Of a stretch of DNA of 64,000 nucleotides, positions 12,255 to 27,900 are shown piece after piece. The notes beneath the pieces are model-generated. The model did no database searches, had not been told where the DNA came from, and was given only the letters and a program-made list of their open reading frames with translations. Numbering within the stretch: the stretch's first letter is position 1; every line of letters starts with the position of its first letter. Made by a program: the position numbers and the translations under genes. The DNA is from Octopus vulgaris (Eukaryota). The stretch is taken from contig OX597829.1 in NCBI GenBank assembly GCA_951406725.2, positions 20,336,001-20,400,000 of the forward strand. Direction: 5' to 3'.

Positions 12255-13995
12255 TGGAGGGGGATAATGGTTTAAAAAATTTTAAAAACATTTATTTGCA
12301 TAATCGTATGAATACCCGTGTGTAGAACACAAATTGGCAGAAATTTTCTTCGAATTAAAAAAAAATGGGTGTGCTTAAACCAGAATTCCGCTGAATAGAC
12401 TTATCACTCTCTCTGTATTTTTAAGGCACTTTCACTATGTGTCTCTTCAAAGCAGTACAGGGACCAAGCCAGCTCCCATACAGAATGACCCATGGATTTA
12501 CATGAAATAGCCTACTGCAGTTTACAAACAATGCGCACACAAACAATGTGATGACGTTGATAATCTTATATATTGTAACGACATACTTCTAATTAAATAT
12601 ATGGCTATCTTCATAATTAATTCTTCTTTCATTCAGTTCTCCAATGCTCCTTCTCATCCAAACATCGTCGTTACATTTTGACGACTTCCCAACTTCTCTT
12701 CGAATTATGTGGTAACCATATATATATATATGTATGTGTGTGTATGTGCTTGCACGCGCGCGTGCGTATTATAAGTAAGTTGTTAGTTGCAGGCAAAGCA
12801 TGAATCGAAAGCAGGCAAAGGTTGTGTACCGTGAAAATATTCGTTGATTCTCGCTCGTCATCAAAAGAAATTGTTCCCACTGATTTCTCCCGATAACAAT
12901 AACTACTAATTTCCATTTATAATTTGTCAATATAATTCTCGTATAATGCTGTGACCGTGAAATCGGAAATCCTGATTTCAATAAGAAGTGAAATATGTAA
13001 TAATTAATACAGGCAAGTCGTTTTTTAATTGTTATAACTGTATAAATGATGCTTTTGATGGTTGTTAAATATATAGTTTTTAATTGTATATTAGTATCAA
13101 TTATTATTTTTAAAATCCTTTTTTACCCCCTTTTCTTATTGGATTTCTTTGCTTTGATTTTTCATTTCTTATACTGATCTGCTCGTTCCTACAACGTTGT
13201 AGAATTTTGCTGAAAAACATGGCACTTGTATTATATTCATCTGTCTGTTTATAAACATTTGCTGCATCTCTGTCCATAGAATAAGTTAGTATTTCTTTCT
13301 ACATTTCGAATTTGTAATATTTACTTTCTCTAATTCAGTTTTGATTCCATGAGGTTTTACAATTATATCCAGTATAATTATTATTTGAACATATATTATT
13401 TCTTCATGCATGCTTAAACTTAACACATGTTTTCACTCAGAAAAAAAAAATTAACCAACCTGGCGGGGTTAACAAGTATGTGGAAAACGAATATGAAGAA
13501 AAATGCACGCTGGCGACCCTGGTTGGGGCGAAGAAAGGACTTTCGGAAAATTCACAAGATCCGATTTTTCCGTCATAACTTCCGATAAAATGGATATATA
13601 TATATTGATCTTTTTTACGGAATCCGATTCTGAAAAGAAAATTTTCAAAAAATCGCATTTTCTAAATTTCAGTTACCCCACCTCATTCTCTTCAGTATTT
13701 TTCACTTTTCCTGAATTATTATTATTATTTTCTTTTTGCGAGGTCAATATAAAGATCCTCACTGACCAAATTGGTCAATATAAAGATCCTCACTATGTTA
13801 AATTTATATGTTGCCCCTAACTGCAAGCTAAAAGGATTTATTTGATTTCTAATAATGGTATATACTTGTTCACTACGGTAGCTTGTTTGTCACACTACTA
13901 TCTTAAGAATGTTGCAAAGATAAACGTCACGGTTATGATATATTCCGTCTTCCACACAACTTCTCTATTAAGTGCAGTATATATATTAAATTTCG

Positions 13996-14069
13996 CTCGT
14001 CCGATCACTGAAGTTAAGCAACGTCGAGTCGGGTGTGTACTTGGGTGATAGCCTGGGAAACCTGGGTGC
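13996..14069 (+). pseudogene. 5S rRNA pseudogene fragment
   Basis: ctcgtccgatcactgaagttaagcaacgtcgag..gtacttgg..gcctgggaa..gggtg matches the central and 3' part of metazoan 5S rRNA. The 5' part is missing and there are small deletions. Confidence 0.75.
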
Positions 14070-14082
14070 ATCCACACTCCAG

Positions 14083-14375
14083 GGGCAGTCGTGACTGTGG
14101 TAAGAAGCTTGCTTCCCAGTCACATGGTTTCGGGTTGAGTCCCACTGCATGGCACCTTGGGCAAGTGTCTTCTACTATAGCCTCGGGTTGACCAAAGCCC
14201 TTGTGAGTGGATTTGGTAGACGGAAACTGAAAGAAACCAGTCGTTATATGTATGTGCATAAATTTATGTGTGTGTGTGTGTGTGTTAGTTTGTGTCCTTC
14301 CTCCCGCCATCTGTTGCTGGTGTGATTATAGCCCCCGTTATGGTTGCAGTCAAATGACTTAAGTGAGTAAAAAGA
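14083..14375 (+). mobile_element. tRNA-derived SINE (degenerate)
   Basis: Same head as 10025 and 14668; tail cagtcaaatgact. Confidence 0.7.
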
Positions 14376-14667
14376 ATTTAATTAAACGTCATTCAGTCAG
14401 TGTGTTGTAGCAATGTAATTTCGTCAACCACTTTTTTTTCTCAAAAAAAAATTTCTAGGGATTCTTATGTTTTCGGGCTATCGTTGTTCGTTTCAATTCT
14501 GTTACTGTAGTAGTCTTTCGTTTTGACTCGATAGAGCCATCTGTTGGGTGATTTACTTTTGTCTTAATGACGTGTCGAAAACCATAGCTTTGAAAGTGAA
14601 AGCGTGTATGTACGTGTATATCTGAATTTATGTATGTATGGGTGTATATGAAAAATAATGAGTGTAA

Positions 14668-14839
14668 GAGTGGCTGTGTGGTAAGTAGCTTGCTTACCAA
14701 CCACATGGTTCCGGGTTCAGTCCCACTGTGTGGCACCTTGGGCAAGTGTCTTCTACTATAGCCTCGGGCCGACCAAAGCCTTGTGAGTGGATTTGGTGGA
14801 CGGATACTGAAAGAAGCCCGTCGTATATATGTGTGTGTG

Positions 14840-14898
<59 letters not shown>

Positions 14899-14900
14899 TT
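14668..14900 (+). mobile_element. SINE 5' half, interrupted by a TIR element (3' half at 16248-16390)
   Basis: gagtggctgtgtggtaagtagcttgc.. head. The tail catcgc..caaccaatgctgg..ctgaaacaagtaaaagag resumes after 16247. Confidence 0.75.
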
Positions 14901-14901
14901 G

Positions 14902-16247
14902 GGTTAAACTAAAGCGTTAAACCCGGTAAAAAAAAAACAAAAAAAATTTGTGTAATAGGCGTAAAACAACTTGCTCTAAACGAATATGAAAAAAAATGCG
15001 CGCACGCGAAAGGGGAGTGGGAGAGAGGCCTCGGAAAATTCTCATCTTCAGTCCACGGCCTTTAAACTAAGAAAAAAATAGTGTAATTGGAGGAAAACTA
15101 CTTGTTCTAAACGATTATCAAGAACACACACTCACACATGAATCATCATTTTATACGTATTTCGCCAAAAGAAAAATAGAAGTGTTGGATCTCCGCCATC
15201 TGAATCAAAATGCGTGTCAGAATCTAACTATCTATAAATCAATTGACAATGCATATATGGATTCGTCTTTCTCTTTGCTTAGTCGTTTTTATCGAATTTT
15301 ATTTGGCCTGATAAAGTTTATAAGTATTTTCTCCATTTCAGATAGGCATCCGATGGGTATTTTACAGATTTACTTGCGTAGCAAGATTGTACTCAGTTGT
15401 TTATTCTGTCGGCTACAATAGGTTATACTATACTGTATGATTGTATTAAGTTCCAGTAAAAATAATAAAATTAAAATGAAAAGTAAGCAGATCATTTTTT
15501 TAAAGAATAATATAAATGTACGTTTGTAATGTACCCTTTTAAAATTCTCGGGTATCTATCTATCAAACAAATGTAAAGTGTTTTAAAATTTGTTAAGTGG
15601 AAAAAACAGGTAGTGAGATAAATTTGGTCGTTCCTCCCCAAGTCTAGAATAACAAAGTAATATTAATCATAATTTTCCAAAAAGCCTAACAATTTGCAAA
15701 TGTTTAGCTCTAAGTTCAGAATATTTTCATTTCAATTACCAGCAGGTCATCTATTAGTTGACAGCAAGAAAAAGATTAACTGCGATATATGCATATTCAC
15801 TCGGAATCAAAGAATGTTTCGCTTCACCTAAGTTTGTTTATGTAACTGTATTTCTTGAAAAGATCTTGTAGAAAAACATGGTACTATCAAGTGAAATTAA
15901 GTTATCTCATAAGGAATGTTTTCTTTAGCTTTAAAATTTCTTCACTTTTTCCAGAATTTCTCTTTTTTTTTTTTTTTTTTGGCGAAATACGTATAAAATG
16001 ATGATTCATGTGTGAGTGTGTGTTCTTGATAATCGTTTAGAACAAGTAGCTTTCCAACAATTACACTATTTTTTTCTTAGTTTAAAGGCCGTGGACTGAA
16101 GATGTGAATTTTCCGAGGCCTCTCCCCCACTCCCCTTTCGCGTGCGCGCATTTTTTTTCCATATTCGTTTAGAGGAAGTTGTTTTACGCCTATTACACAA
16201 ATTTTGTTTTTGTTTTTTTTTACCGGGTTTAACGCTTTTGTTTAACC
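14902..16247. mobile_element. Non-autonomous DNA transposon with ~280-bp terminal inverted repeats
   Basis: 14902-15180 is the reverse complement of ~15960-16247 (ggttaaac.aaagcgttaaacccggt...tatacgtatttcgccaaaa). The interior is AT-rich and non-coding. Confidence 0.8.
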
Positions 16248-16835
16248 ACATCGCTACACAACCAATGCTGGTGTTTTTACGTCCCCGAAACTAGGCTTAC
16301 AAAGAATAGGCTCTGGGATCGATTTGCTCGACTAAACGGTGGTGCTCAGCATGGCCACAGTCAAATGACTGAAACAAGTAAAAGAGTAGAGTGTGCACTC
16401 GAGCGTATTCAATTATAGATTTTTTCACACTGGCACAATGAATATGTGAGTGAATTCATACTTAAATAAATACATACATTCATTATGCAAGTGTGCTGTT
16501 GTGTATGTGTGTAACAGAGCGCGAATACAAATCACGTACGTAAGTGTGTATCTTTCATATACACACATTCATAAATACGCATAAATATTATATTTCATAG
16601 ACATTTTATGGATTTTTATATAATACTAGCTTAAGGTGACCCGCTCTACTTGATGTAAAAGAAAATTCCTAAACACCAAGCTTTGAAGTGATTCTTTCTC
16701 ACGACAGTAGACTCACCATGGCAAGCATTAAAAACTTCTTCATCATGGACAACAACACATTGACGATTTAAAGGCTGGCGCAAATTTTTTAGCTTCATGT
16801 AACAGAGAATTCCTAAACAACCGCTCCTGTAAATT

Positions 16836-17871
16836 TCTGAGAGTAGTGTCGGTGTCACTTTCACATTATGGATGAGATCCATATTATTTGTGAAGCAGAG
16901 ATCCAGTGTGTTACCTGCCCTGGTTGGTTGGAGTATTACTTGCTCCATGTACAGGGTGTTGATGAGGTTCAGGAGGGACCTCGCCTGTCCTCGTTCACAT
17001 CTTGTCATTCCTGGGAGAGAAAGGCCCTCGGGCCATCTGACATTGGGTAGATTGAAGTCTCCCATGAGAAGTACACTTATGTGTTGTTCTAATGTGATTA
17101 GAACTTCTATTTTTAAAAGGCAGTCCTCAAACTTGCCCATATGGCTTGGGGCATCTGGAGGGCGATATGTAGCACACACAACTACATCAAGTTGCCTTAT
17201 GTGTACAATTAGTGTGTCACACACCGAGTTTGAGTATGACAAAAGGACCTGGGGTGTGAGGTCCTCACGGATGTACATAGCAACTCCTCCATGACTCCTT
17301 TCTTTTCTGTCGGTCCGTAGTACAACATACTGTGGTATGTGTAATTCCGCATCTGCTATGTCCGGTTTCAGGTGCGTTTCCGTGAGTGCTATGCATAAGG
17401 CTTGATTGCATGCGACAAAGTCTCTCAAGAACGGGACTTTTGTCCTGTTACTGTGTGTTAGTAGTCCTCTGATGTTCAGTAGGAGCATCGAGGTGAGGTG
17501 TATGCTGTTGCCGGTGGTGTCCACCCTGGGTCCATCTGCTGTGGCGGTCTTGTGAACTGTGGGTAGTCCCATCTGCGAGCTTGAGTTTGATGGAGCCAGG
17601 TTAGCTGCTGTACAATCTTTTGTGCCATGCACAAAAAGATTCTTGCTCAGCAGCTGCCCTTTCAACAACACGTTGGTGGTTTGTGGCACGCACCACATCT
17701 GCGTACCTCCGTTTTGGGGCAGGTGATGCGTGGTCCATCCCATTTCCTTTCGGTGGTTGGTTTCTGCGGCAGGGTCCTGGATGTGCAAAGCGGCAGCCTG
17801 CACCTTCCTCTCCATGCCGGCAGGCACCTTTCAGGTAGAACCTACATACCCGTGTGCGCTGCTTGTTTCCA
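16836..17871 (-). mobile_element. Truncated LINE, B-family relative (ORF1 CCCH end plus APE endonuclease)
   Basis: [22 protein letters not shown], then MLLLNIRGL..ALTETHL..MGDFN..TLDLCF. The 5' junction abuts (TA)n at ~17871. Confidence 0.9.
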
Positions 17872-18479
<608 letters not shown>

Positions 18480-18485
<6 letters not shown>

Positions 18486-18945
18486 GTCGTGTGTTTATTT
18501 GTGTTTTTGTGCTATTGGTTTTCCTAATTGACTAATTTAGATATCTGTGTATGTAAGTGCTTTCGTACAGGTTTCGATCTAATTGATTAATTATTCTGTT
18601 GATATATGTGTGTATGTGTGTATATATATGTATTTGTCTTTTGGTATAACATTTTTCCTCATATGAAAACGCACGCGTGTTTGTTTTCGTTTTCGATTTC
18701 AGTACGTTTGATTCAGAGCGGCTTATCTGTTTATCTACTCTATTTATGCGTCGAGTGTATTGTTTACTATTGCTTTGCTTATTGTATTGCTGTATATATG
18801 TCGTGTGTTTATTTGTGTTTTTGTGCTATTGGTTTTCCTAATTGACTAATTTAGATATCTGTGTATGTAAGTGCTTTCGTACAGGTTTCGATCTAATTGA
18901 TTAATTATTCTGTTGATATATGTGTGTATGTGTGTATATATATGT
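18480..18945. repeat. ~145-bp direct repeat, period ~314 bp
   Basis: tatatgtcgtgtgtttatttg..gttgatatatgtgtgtatg at ~18481 and ~18795. Confidence 0.85.
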
Positions 18946-18953
18946 ATATGTAT

Positions 18954-19040
<87 letters not shown>

Positions 19041-19728
19041 TCGCGTGTATTGGAGAAATTGATCTTGCGAGATATACCTTTAAAACTATTTTCTTATCTT
19101 TCGCTATCGTGCGCGTGTGTTATATATTTAGAACGGTAAATTCCGTGACAACAAGTGTCGATGTTTACAGGTTGTACATATCTGTGATGAATGGATATTT
19201 TTACTTTTATCTATATCTATATATGTAAGTATGTGTGTATATGTAACATATTGTAGCTATTCCTTCTCTTGCATTCTCACACTCTCTCCCTCTCTCAAAA
19301 TCTCTTTCTCTCTCTTTCTTTCACAGCCTCTCTGCCCCTCTATCTCTCCCTCGTAATCTTTTCTCTCGCTTTCCTGCATTACCTCTTTCTCCCCCTCTCT
19401 CTCGCTCTTTCCATCACACTATCTCTCCCCCTCTCTCTCCTCACTCTCCCTTTCTCCTTCCTTTTCACTATCCCTTTCTCTTTCCCTCACGAACTCACTC
19501 CCTCCCTCCCAATCTCTCTCTTTTTCTTTCCTTCAGACCCCCTTTCTCTATCTCTCTCGCCCTCTCTCGCTTTCCTTCCCTGCCTCTCTCTCACCCTCTC
19601 TCTTTCCCCAAAACAGTCTTCTTTTCCTCTCTCTCACCCTCCCTTCCTCACAATCTCTTCCTCTCTCCTCCCTTCTCCCTTTTTCCCTCACAGCTTCTCT
19701 CTTCTCTCTCTCTCCCCGCTACAACGGA

Positions 19729-20682
19729 ATGGACAACATGCAAAAATTAGAGGTGAATGCAAACACTGGCGTCAACAAAAGCCAGCGTAACTGGACGAAA
19801 GTAGAGCTGGAAGTTTTCATCAGAGGATGGAGCTCGGCCGACAGATCGCAACCAACTAAAAACATAGCGGCGACCCTGAAAAGCCATGGCTTTATGAGGA
19901 CGTTGGCGCAGGTAGAGAGGAAGAAAAGAGAAGTCGAAAGGGCCTACACTCTCATTGCACCACACATGGCTTTGCTAAGCCAAGTCCTCAAGGTGGACAA
20001 AGACAAAGAGAGAGAGATGGAAACAGGAAACACCAACCACAGAGTGTCAAAAAATGACACGCCCACAGCCACAGTCGAAGAAGGCAAGCAGGGCAAACAA
20101 CAGATAGGCGGCGATGGGGAAACGGAAAATAACCACCCGGATGAAAATACCTATGCAGAAAGGAACCAGTGGACAACCGTCCAACGGAGGAAGAAAAAAC
20201 AGAGAGGAACTGGGGACAAGAAAACCCAGATAACATGCAAATTCTTCCAGAATGGAACCTGCTGGCATGGAGAAACAGGGGAAGGATGCAGGTTCGCTCA
20301 TCCCAGGCCCTATGGAAATTGCATCAAACCCACTCGACCAAAATGCCTTAACCAAAACCAAGACCGAAACCAAAACCAGAACAAATTCAAGCTGCCCCAG
20401 AAATATGCAGACATAGTGCGGAATGCCCCAACAAGGAGAAGGCGCACATTTGCAGAGGAAATGCAGACGCCGGCAGCAGAACAAAGAAATTTTGTGGAAA
20501 TAGCAGAGAAAATTGTGGGACAACTGGCCTGGATACATCGTCTTCAGAGCCAGGGGCACTCAGAACAGCACTCAAGACCACCACAATCAAGGGACCCAGG
20601 GTGGCCACCGCTGACACCAGCCCAGGTGCCACACCGACAGCCTTTATTGACACCCCAAATATCTCACCAATGCTTCTGCTGA
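19729..20682 (+). CDS. LINE A ORF1: Myb/SANT-like domain plus CCCH zinc finger
   Basis: RNWTKVELEVFIRGW..IAATLKSHGFMRTLAQVERKKREVERAY; CKFFQNGTCWHGETGEGCRFAH (C-x7-C-x8-C-x3-H). Confidence 0.8.
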   Translation: MDNMQKLEVNANTGVNKSQRNWTKVELEVFIRGWSSADRSQPTKNIAATLKSHGFMRTLAQVERKKREVERAYTLIAPHMALLSQVLKVDKDKEREMETGNTNHRVSKNDTPTATVEEGKQGKQQIGGDGETENNHPDENTYAERNQWTTVQRRKKKQRGTGDKKTQITCKFFQNGTCWHGETGEGCRFAHPRPYGNCIKPTRPKCLNQNQDRNQNQNKFKLPQKYADIVRNAPTRRRRTFAEEMQTPAAEQRNFVEIAEKIVGQLAWIHRLQSQGHSEQHSRPPQSRDPGWPPLTPAQVPHRQPLLTPQISHQCFC

Positions 20683-23620
20683 ATGTCAGAGGTCTGGTGA
20701 AACCCACTAATATGAGTAAAATTCCTTACCTTAGGAACTTAAGCACAAGCAACCATGCAATATGCATAGCGCTGACTGAAACGCACCTGTCAAGCAGTAT
20801 AGCAGATGCAGAAATACACGTACCAAAGTATACTGTTTTTCGGTCAGACAGGAAGGAAAGAACTCATGGTGGGGTTGCCCTGTACGTCCGTGAAGATGTC
20901 ACACCCATAGTACTGTTGACACACTCAAACTCAGTCTGTGACACACTGATAGTACACAACCGAAAATAGTAATATGTGTCACATATCGGCCACCAGACAC
21001 CCCTAGTCATGAAGGAGTGTTTGAAGATAGCCTCAGAAGAATAGAAGAAGTCCTGGACAAACTGGACCAGGGTAACACCATTCTACTGCTGGGAGATTTT
21101 AACCTTCCGAAAGTCAAATGGCCAGATGGCCATCTCCTCCCTGGAATGACATCACTTGAACAGAGACAGACAGAGTCCTTGTTGGCTCTCACACGCAAGT
21201 TTTTCATGGAGCAAGCAGTGCTTCGGCCAACAAGAGGTGAGAATGTCTTGGACCTCTGTTTCACAAGCAACCCGATGCTCATCCACAACATAATGGTAAC
21301 ACCTACAATTCTCTCAGATCACAACTTAGTAGAGGTAATGATATATGGTATGAGAGAGTTAGTTGAGACGCAGCCATTAGAAAATACCACAGGCCTATCC
21401 AGTCTAAACTTCCATAAGGCAAACTGGAAGAAGATCAACGAAGAGATCCGAAAACATGACTGGAGTGACTTCATCACCACACAAGACACCAACACACATT
21501 TCCAACATTTCATGACAACAATACAGAACATATGCCATAAGTTTGTCCCGGAGAAAAAAGCCAGCGGGCATAGGAACGTTATTCCCAGAGACAGGAAAAT
21601 ACTTATGAGGCGAAGAGCTAAGCTCTCGAAGCAACTGAATGCACGGCAGAGAAACAATGAGGGACTCCACCTGAAACTTTTTGAAACGGAAACTGCACTC
21701 AAACTTTCCTATGAGAAGGAGAGGGCAGAGAGAGAGAAGCCAGGGCCATAGAGAATATTAAAACAAACCCTAAATCTTTCTTTAAATTTGCGAAAGAAAC
21801 CACCTTGGTACACTGCAAGATTGGCCCACTCTTTGATAAAAAGGGCTCTCTAACTGAGGACCCCCAAGGGATAAGTGAAATACTAAAGGAACAGTATAAA
21901 AGTGTGTTCACATCCCCTCTGGGGCACATGCAAATCACAAACCCAGAAGTTTTCTTTGATGCCACAACACTCCAAAACCAAACAACAACCATCGACCACA
22001 TAGACATAACAGAGAGGGATGTAATATCTGCCATAGAAGAAATGAGAATAAACTCAGCTGCTGGACCAGATGGATTCCCAGCAGTCCTCCTAAAAGCATG
22101 CAGGCATGCCCTAGCGGGACCACTGAAGAGGCTCTTCAGTGGTTCCTTGGCTAAAGGTAAACTGCCCAGGGTGCTAAAAGAAGGCACCATATGCCCTATC
22201 CACAAAGGAGGGAGTAGAGCAGAGGCCAAAAACTACAGGCCAGTCTCCCTGACGTCACACATAAGTAAGGTCATGGAACGAATCATCAGAAAAAAACTGA
22301 TCACGTTCCTCGAAGAAACTAACCGTCTCACTGACACACAGCATGGCTTTCGCCCAGGAAGAAGCTGCCTTACGCAGCTGTTACAACACTACGACTGGGT
22401 ACTGAAACAACTACTGGATCGCTCACAGGTGGATGTGGTATATCTCGACTTTGCGAAGGCCTTTGACAAAGTCGACCACGGAGTGATATGTCACAAATTA
22501 CTCAGACTTGGCATAACAGGAAAAGTAGGTGAGTGGATACATGACTTCCTGAAGGACAGAAGCCAGATGGTTGCAGCCAATGGAGCCCTCTCGGGAAAGA
22601 CACCAATAGCAAGCGGGGTGCCACAGGGCACAGTCTTGGGACCCTTGCTGTTTTTGGTGGCGCTCTCTGACATGCCCTTGGTAGCACAAACAACATCCCT
22701 CACTAGCTATGCTGATGACACAAAGGTAGCACAGGCAATCAAAAACCCAGCTGATGCTGACCTTTTACAACAAGATCTGGATGCCATATACAAATGGGCT
22801 GAAGACAACAACATGCAATTTAATGCTGGTAAATTTCAAGCCTTACAATATCAAGCTGTAAACACATATACATTACAACACAACTATACTGGTCCAGGAG
22901 GGATCGAAATCCCAGTATCGAAATCAATACGGGACCTGGGGATAGACATGAGTGACGATGCATCTTTTTCTTCACACATCGCGAAGGTGGCGACAATGTG
23001 CAGACGACTCACTGGCTGGATCCTGAGGACATTCCGGACAAGAGACTGCGAGACCATGTTGACACTATGGAGGACATTTGTCCTAAGCCGCCTGGACTAC
23101 TGCTCCCAACTGTGGTCACCGCATAGTGTCAAACTAACCACAGAGCTTGAGACAATCCAAAGACATTTCACCGAGAGGATTTCCACCATGAAAGAAAAGA
23201 ACTATTGGGAGAGGCTTAGGGAACTCAATTTGTACTCCTTGGAACGAAGACGAGAGAGATATGCAGTGATATACATATGGAAAATCCTGGAGGGACTAGC
23301 ACCAAAATTTTGGAATTGAGAGCTGTTCCAATCCCCGTACAGGACGTCACTGTGTGGTGCCAAAGGTCCCGTCTTCCACATCCAGGGTAAGGAGCAGATA
23401 CTGTAATAGCCTGGGGTTCAGGGGCCCTCAGCTGTTCAACAACCTGCCAAGAAAACTAAGAGATCTACATGATGCGGATGTGGACATTTTCAAAAAACAT
23501 CTAGACAAGCTGCTTTCCGGGATCCCAGATGAACCCACTGCAAGGTACGAAGGTAACCTGAGGGCAGCAGCTACAAACTCTCTCTTAGATCAGTGGCCAG
23601 CCACGGCAAACTGGACTTAG
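20670..23620 (+). pseudogene. LINE A ORF2 (APE endonuclease plus reverse transcriptase) with 3 frameshifts
   Basis: MLLLNVRGL, LTETHL, GDFN, SDH; NYRPVSL, QHGFR, YLDFAKAFD, GVPQGTVLGP, YADD. Frame breaks near 20965, 21735 and 23310. Confidence 0.9.
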
Positions 23621-23701
23621 AGAGGGTAGCAACAAGGGCGGTGCCCCAGCATGGCCTCAGCCGGATGGCTGAAACAAGTAAAAGAGTAAAAGAGTAAAAG
23701 A

Positions 23702-24867
<1,166 letters not shown>

Positions 24868-24958
24868 ACTTTGATACTTTGATACTTTGATAGGTTTCGG
24901 CCATTATTGGCCCAGGCCATGTCTAACTTAATAGCACCACCTGGTGAAGTCTTTCAAG

Positions 24959-27900
24959 TCAGAATTTGGGCACTATGGCCCACTCAAGTAGAGAGTTATT
25001 GTTTACAGAGACATATCCGGGTGTAGGGGGTTTATCCGGGATTTCTTGAAGGAATCTGTCCAAAGACTTCTTGAACCCTATAGGGTCAGTTTCTGTTTTA
25101 ATGTGTTTTGGTGTAATGTTAAAGAGAGCGGGGCCAATTGAGGTGAAATAATTGTGCCGTATTGTTGTTATGAGATGAGAGTGCGATTTTTGTTTTGGGC
25201 GGATGGCACGGGGCCCAAGCCTTGGATGTACCTTAAAGGTGATGCCAACATCATTTGGGCAATGCTGATGGAATATTTTCCACATCATGCAGATGATGTA
25301 GCGCTCACGACGACGTTGGAGAGAATAGAGTTTTAGCTTTTCTAGTCGACCCCAATAGTCGAGGCCTGTCATGCCATCTATCTTTTTTGTGATTGCCCTT
25401 TGAGGTGCTTCAACTTTTATGATACCTTGTATTGTGTGGGGAGACCACAGTGGACAACAGTATTCAAGGTGGGGTCGGGCAAAAGTGGAGAAGAGAAGGA
25501 TAATGGTGTGGATATCTCTCGACTGGAAAGTTCTGAGAATCCAGGAACACATTCTGCGGGCCATGTCAACTTTGGTGTTTATATGAGTGGCCCAGCTTAC
25601 GTTGTTGTCCACAATTACTCCCAAGTCTCTGATGTTGTTGGACGCCGCGAGAGTTTCACCTGAAGGAAGGGAGTATGGGAGTTTCAGGGCATCCTCTTTT
25701 CCAAAGTGGATTAGCTCAAATTTATCCTCGTTCAACAGCATATTGTTTTTTTCTGCCCATTGGATAACAGCCAGTAGATCTGACTGAAGGCATGTCCGGT
25801 CACTCGCCTCATTTATGACCTTCTGTAGCTTGGAGTCATCTGGAAAGATTTTTATGTTGCTGTGTTTGATGATGTCATTAATGTCATTAATGTAAATGAT
25901 GAAAAGAAGTGGGCCCAGCACAGTGCCTTGCGGAACGCCACTACTGACTTTGGCTGGGCTTGATTTTACCCCTTCAACTACAACATGTTGAGATCTGTCT
26001 GTCAGGAAACACTTAATCCATTTCAGTAACTTTCCAGAGACACCAATGTTGGATAGTTTTTTCAATAGGATCTTGTGATCGACCCTGTCGAAGGCCTTAC
26101 TGAAATCAAGGTAGATGACATCGGTGTTGGAGCCCTCTCCCAAAGCTCTCAAAATGTCCTCAAAGTGATGCAGGAGCTGCGTTAGGCAGTCCCTTCCATT
26201 ACGGAACCCATGTTGGTTGGAGATCAGCCGTCTGTTGCTTTCCAGAAATTGGGTTATTCGAGATCTCACCACCCTCTCAAATACCTTGATGATATGAGAG
26301 GTGAGTGAGATCGGACGGTAATTCACTGCAATGGACTTGTTTCCCTTTTTGAAAACTGGGACAATAGACTGGGACAGAAGGTTTTTTGGAATATAGCCAG
26401 CATCCAGTGAGTTTCTCCACAGATTAGCAAGGGGAGATGCAAGTTGGTGTCGACACACCTTCAGGACACAAGCAGGGAACCTATCGGGGCCTACTGCTGA
26501 ATTGTGTTTTATTTCGTTTATCGCCGCTAAGACATCAGGGGCACTAAACTTTATGTCCGATATAGTGTGTTGGGGGTTGACATCACTGATACAGCCCAGA
26601 TCGGCCATATCAGGATTGCTGAAAACAGAGCAGTATTGTTTCTGCAGTATCTCGGCCATGGATTGGGCATTATCTTGGAGAGTGCCAGTTTCGTCAATTA
26701 GAGGGCCTACAGTGGAGACAGTGACCCTGCGTTTCCTCGCAAATGAAAAGAACACTTTGGGGTTGAGTTTGATTTTTTCAATGGCCCACTTCTCCTCAGC
26801 TGATCTTTGGTTATTGATGAGGGTCTTCATGCATTGTTGGAGGTTATATTTTTTGGATTCAAGCAGTGCGATAGCCGTCGAATGTGTGTGTTGCTGTTGG
26901 CAGTACTTTAGTTTGTTAATTTTTTTGTTTGTTCTTTTTATTTTTCTGATAATGGTTTTTCTGTTTTGGGGGATTCTGCACTTTTTGTTCACAGGTCTTG
27001 GTGGGGAGTGTTTTGCACATATGTCTGTGACGGTGTCTACAAAGATCTGCCAAGATGTTTTATGGTTGGTGGAGATGTGTGTATGTGTAAAGGACCAGTC
27101 AACATTTGATAGCTCGTTCCTGATTGCATCCCAGTTGGCTTTATGGAGATCCATGTTGTCAAATGGGTGGGCTGGAGGAAGGTCACTAGGATTAGCTTTC
27201 GGCTGGTGGAATTTCATGTTACAGAGAACCATGTCATGGTCTGAAAGAAGGGTTTTTTCCACTGTAACGTTATGTATAGTGTTAGTGTGGTTACTAAACA
27301 CTAGGTCCAAAATGTTCTGATGTCTTGTTGGTGCAAGGACAAGTTGGGACAAGAAAAACTCATTCGTAAAGTCGAAAAGTGACTCTGCTGCTTCTTTGTC
27401 AGCGGTTGAGGCGGGAGTGCTTGGTTTCAAACAGTTTGTAGTCCAGTCAACACAGGGTAGATTGAAGTCTCCCATCATGAGTATGTTGCTAGAATGGCAC
27501 TGTTGAATAAAGCACTTAATGCTGTTGAGGCATTCTTTAAAGCACAGTATGGGTGTTTGGGGCGGCCTATAGAGCCCAATTACTGTCAGATCATTGGCTT
27601 TGTTGTGCACGGTGACTGATTCACAGTAGCCGTTGGAGAATATACTATTTCCATCTGCCGTAAATGAATCATGCAGGAAAATGGCAGTTCCACCCTTCCT
27701 CCTGCCGATACGATCCGCGCGGATGGTTGTGAAATTCTTCACTCTCACTTCGGCTTCCAAGTGGGAGTTGTCAAGGTGGGTCTCAGTGAGAATGAAGAAA
27801 GGGATGTGGTGTGAATGGTTACCAACCCAGTCTTCAATGAATTGGACCTTCCATTTTTGTGCATTGATGGAAGGGCTGACACCTTGTGCATTGAGTAGGA

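Noticed and set aside
19269-19790. Leu/Ser-rich ORFs here and at 10715 and 54933
   Set aside because: Translations of CT-rich low-complexity tracts.
24894-24941. LINE 3' stem-loop plus GAAAC as a hammerhead ribozyme
   Set aside because: No CUGANGA core or cleavage triplet; better explained as an RT-recognition structure.
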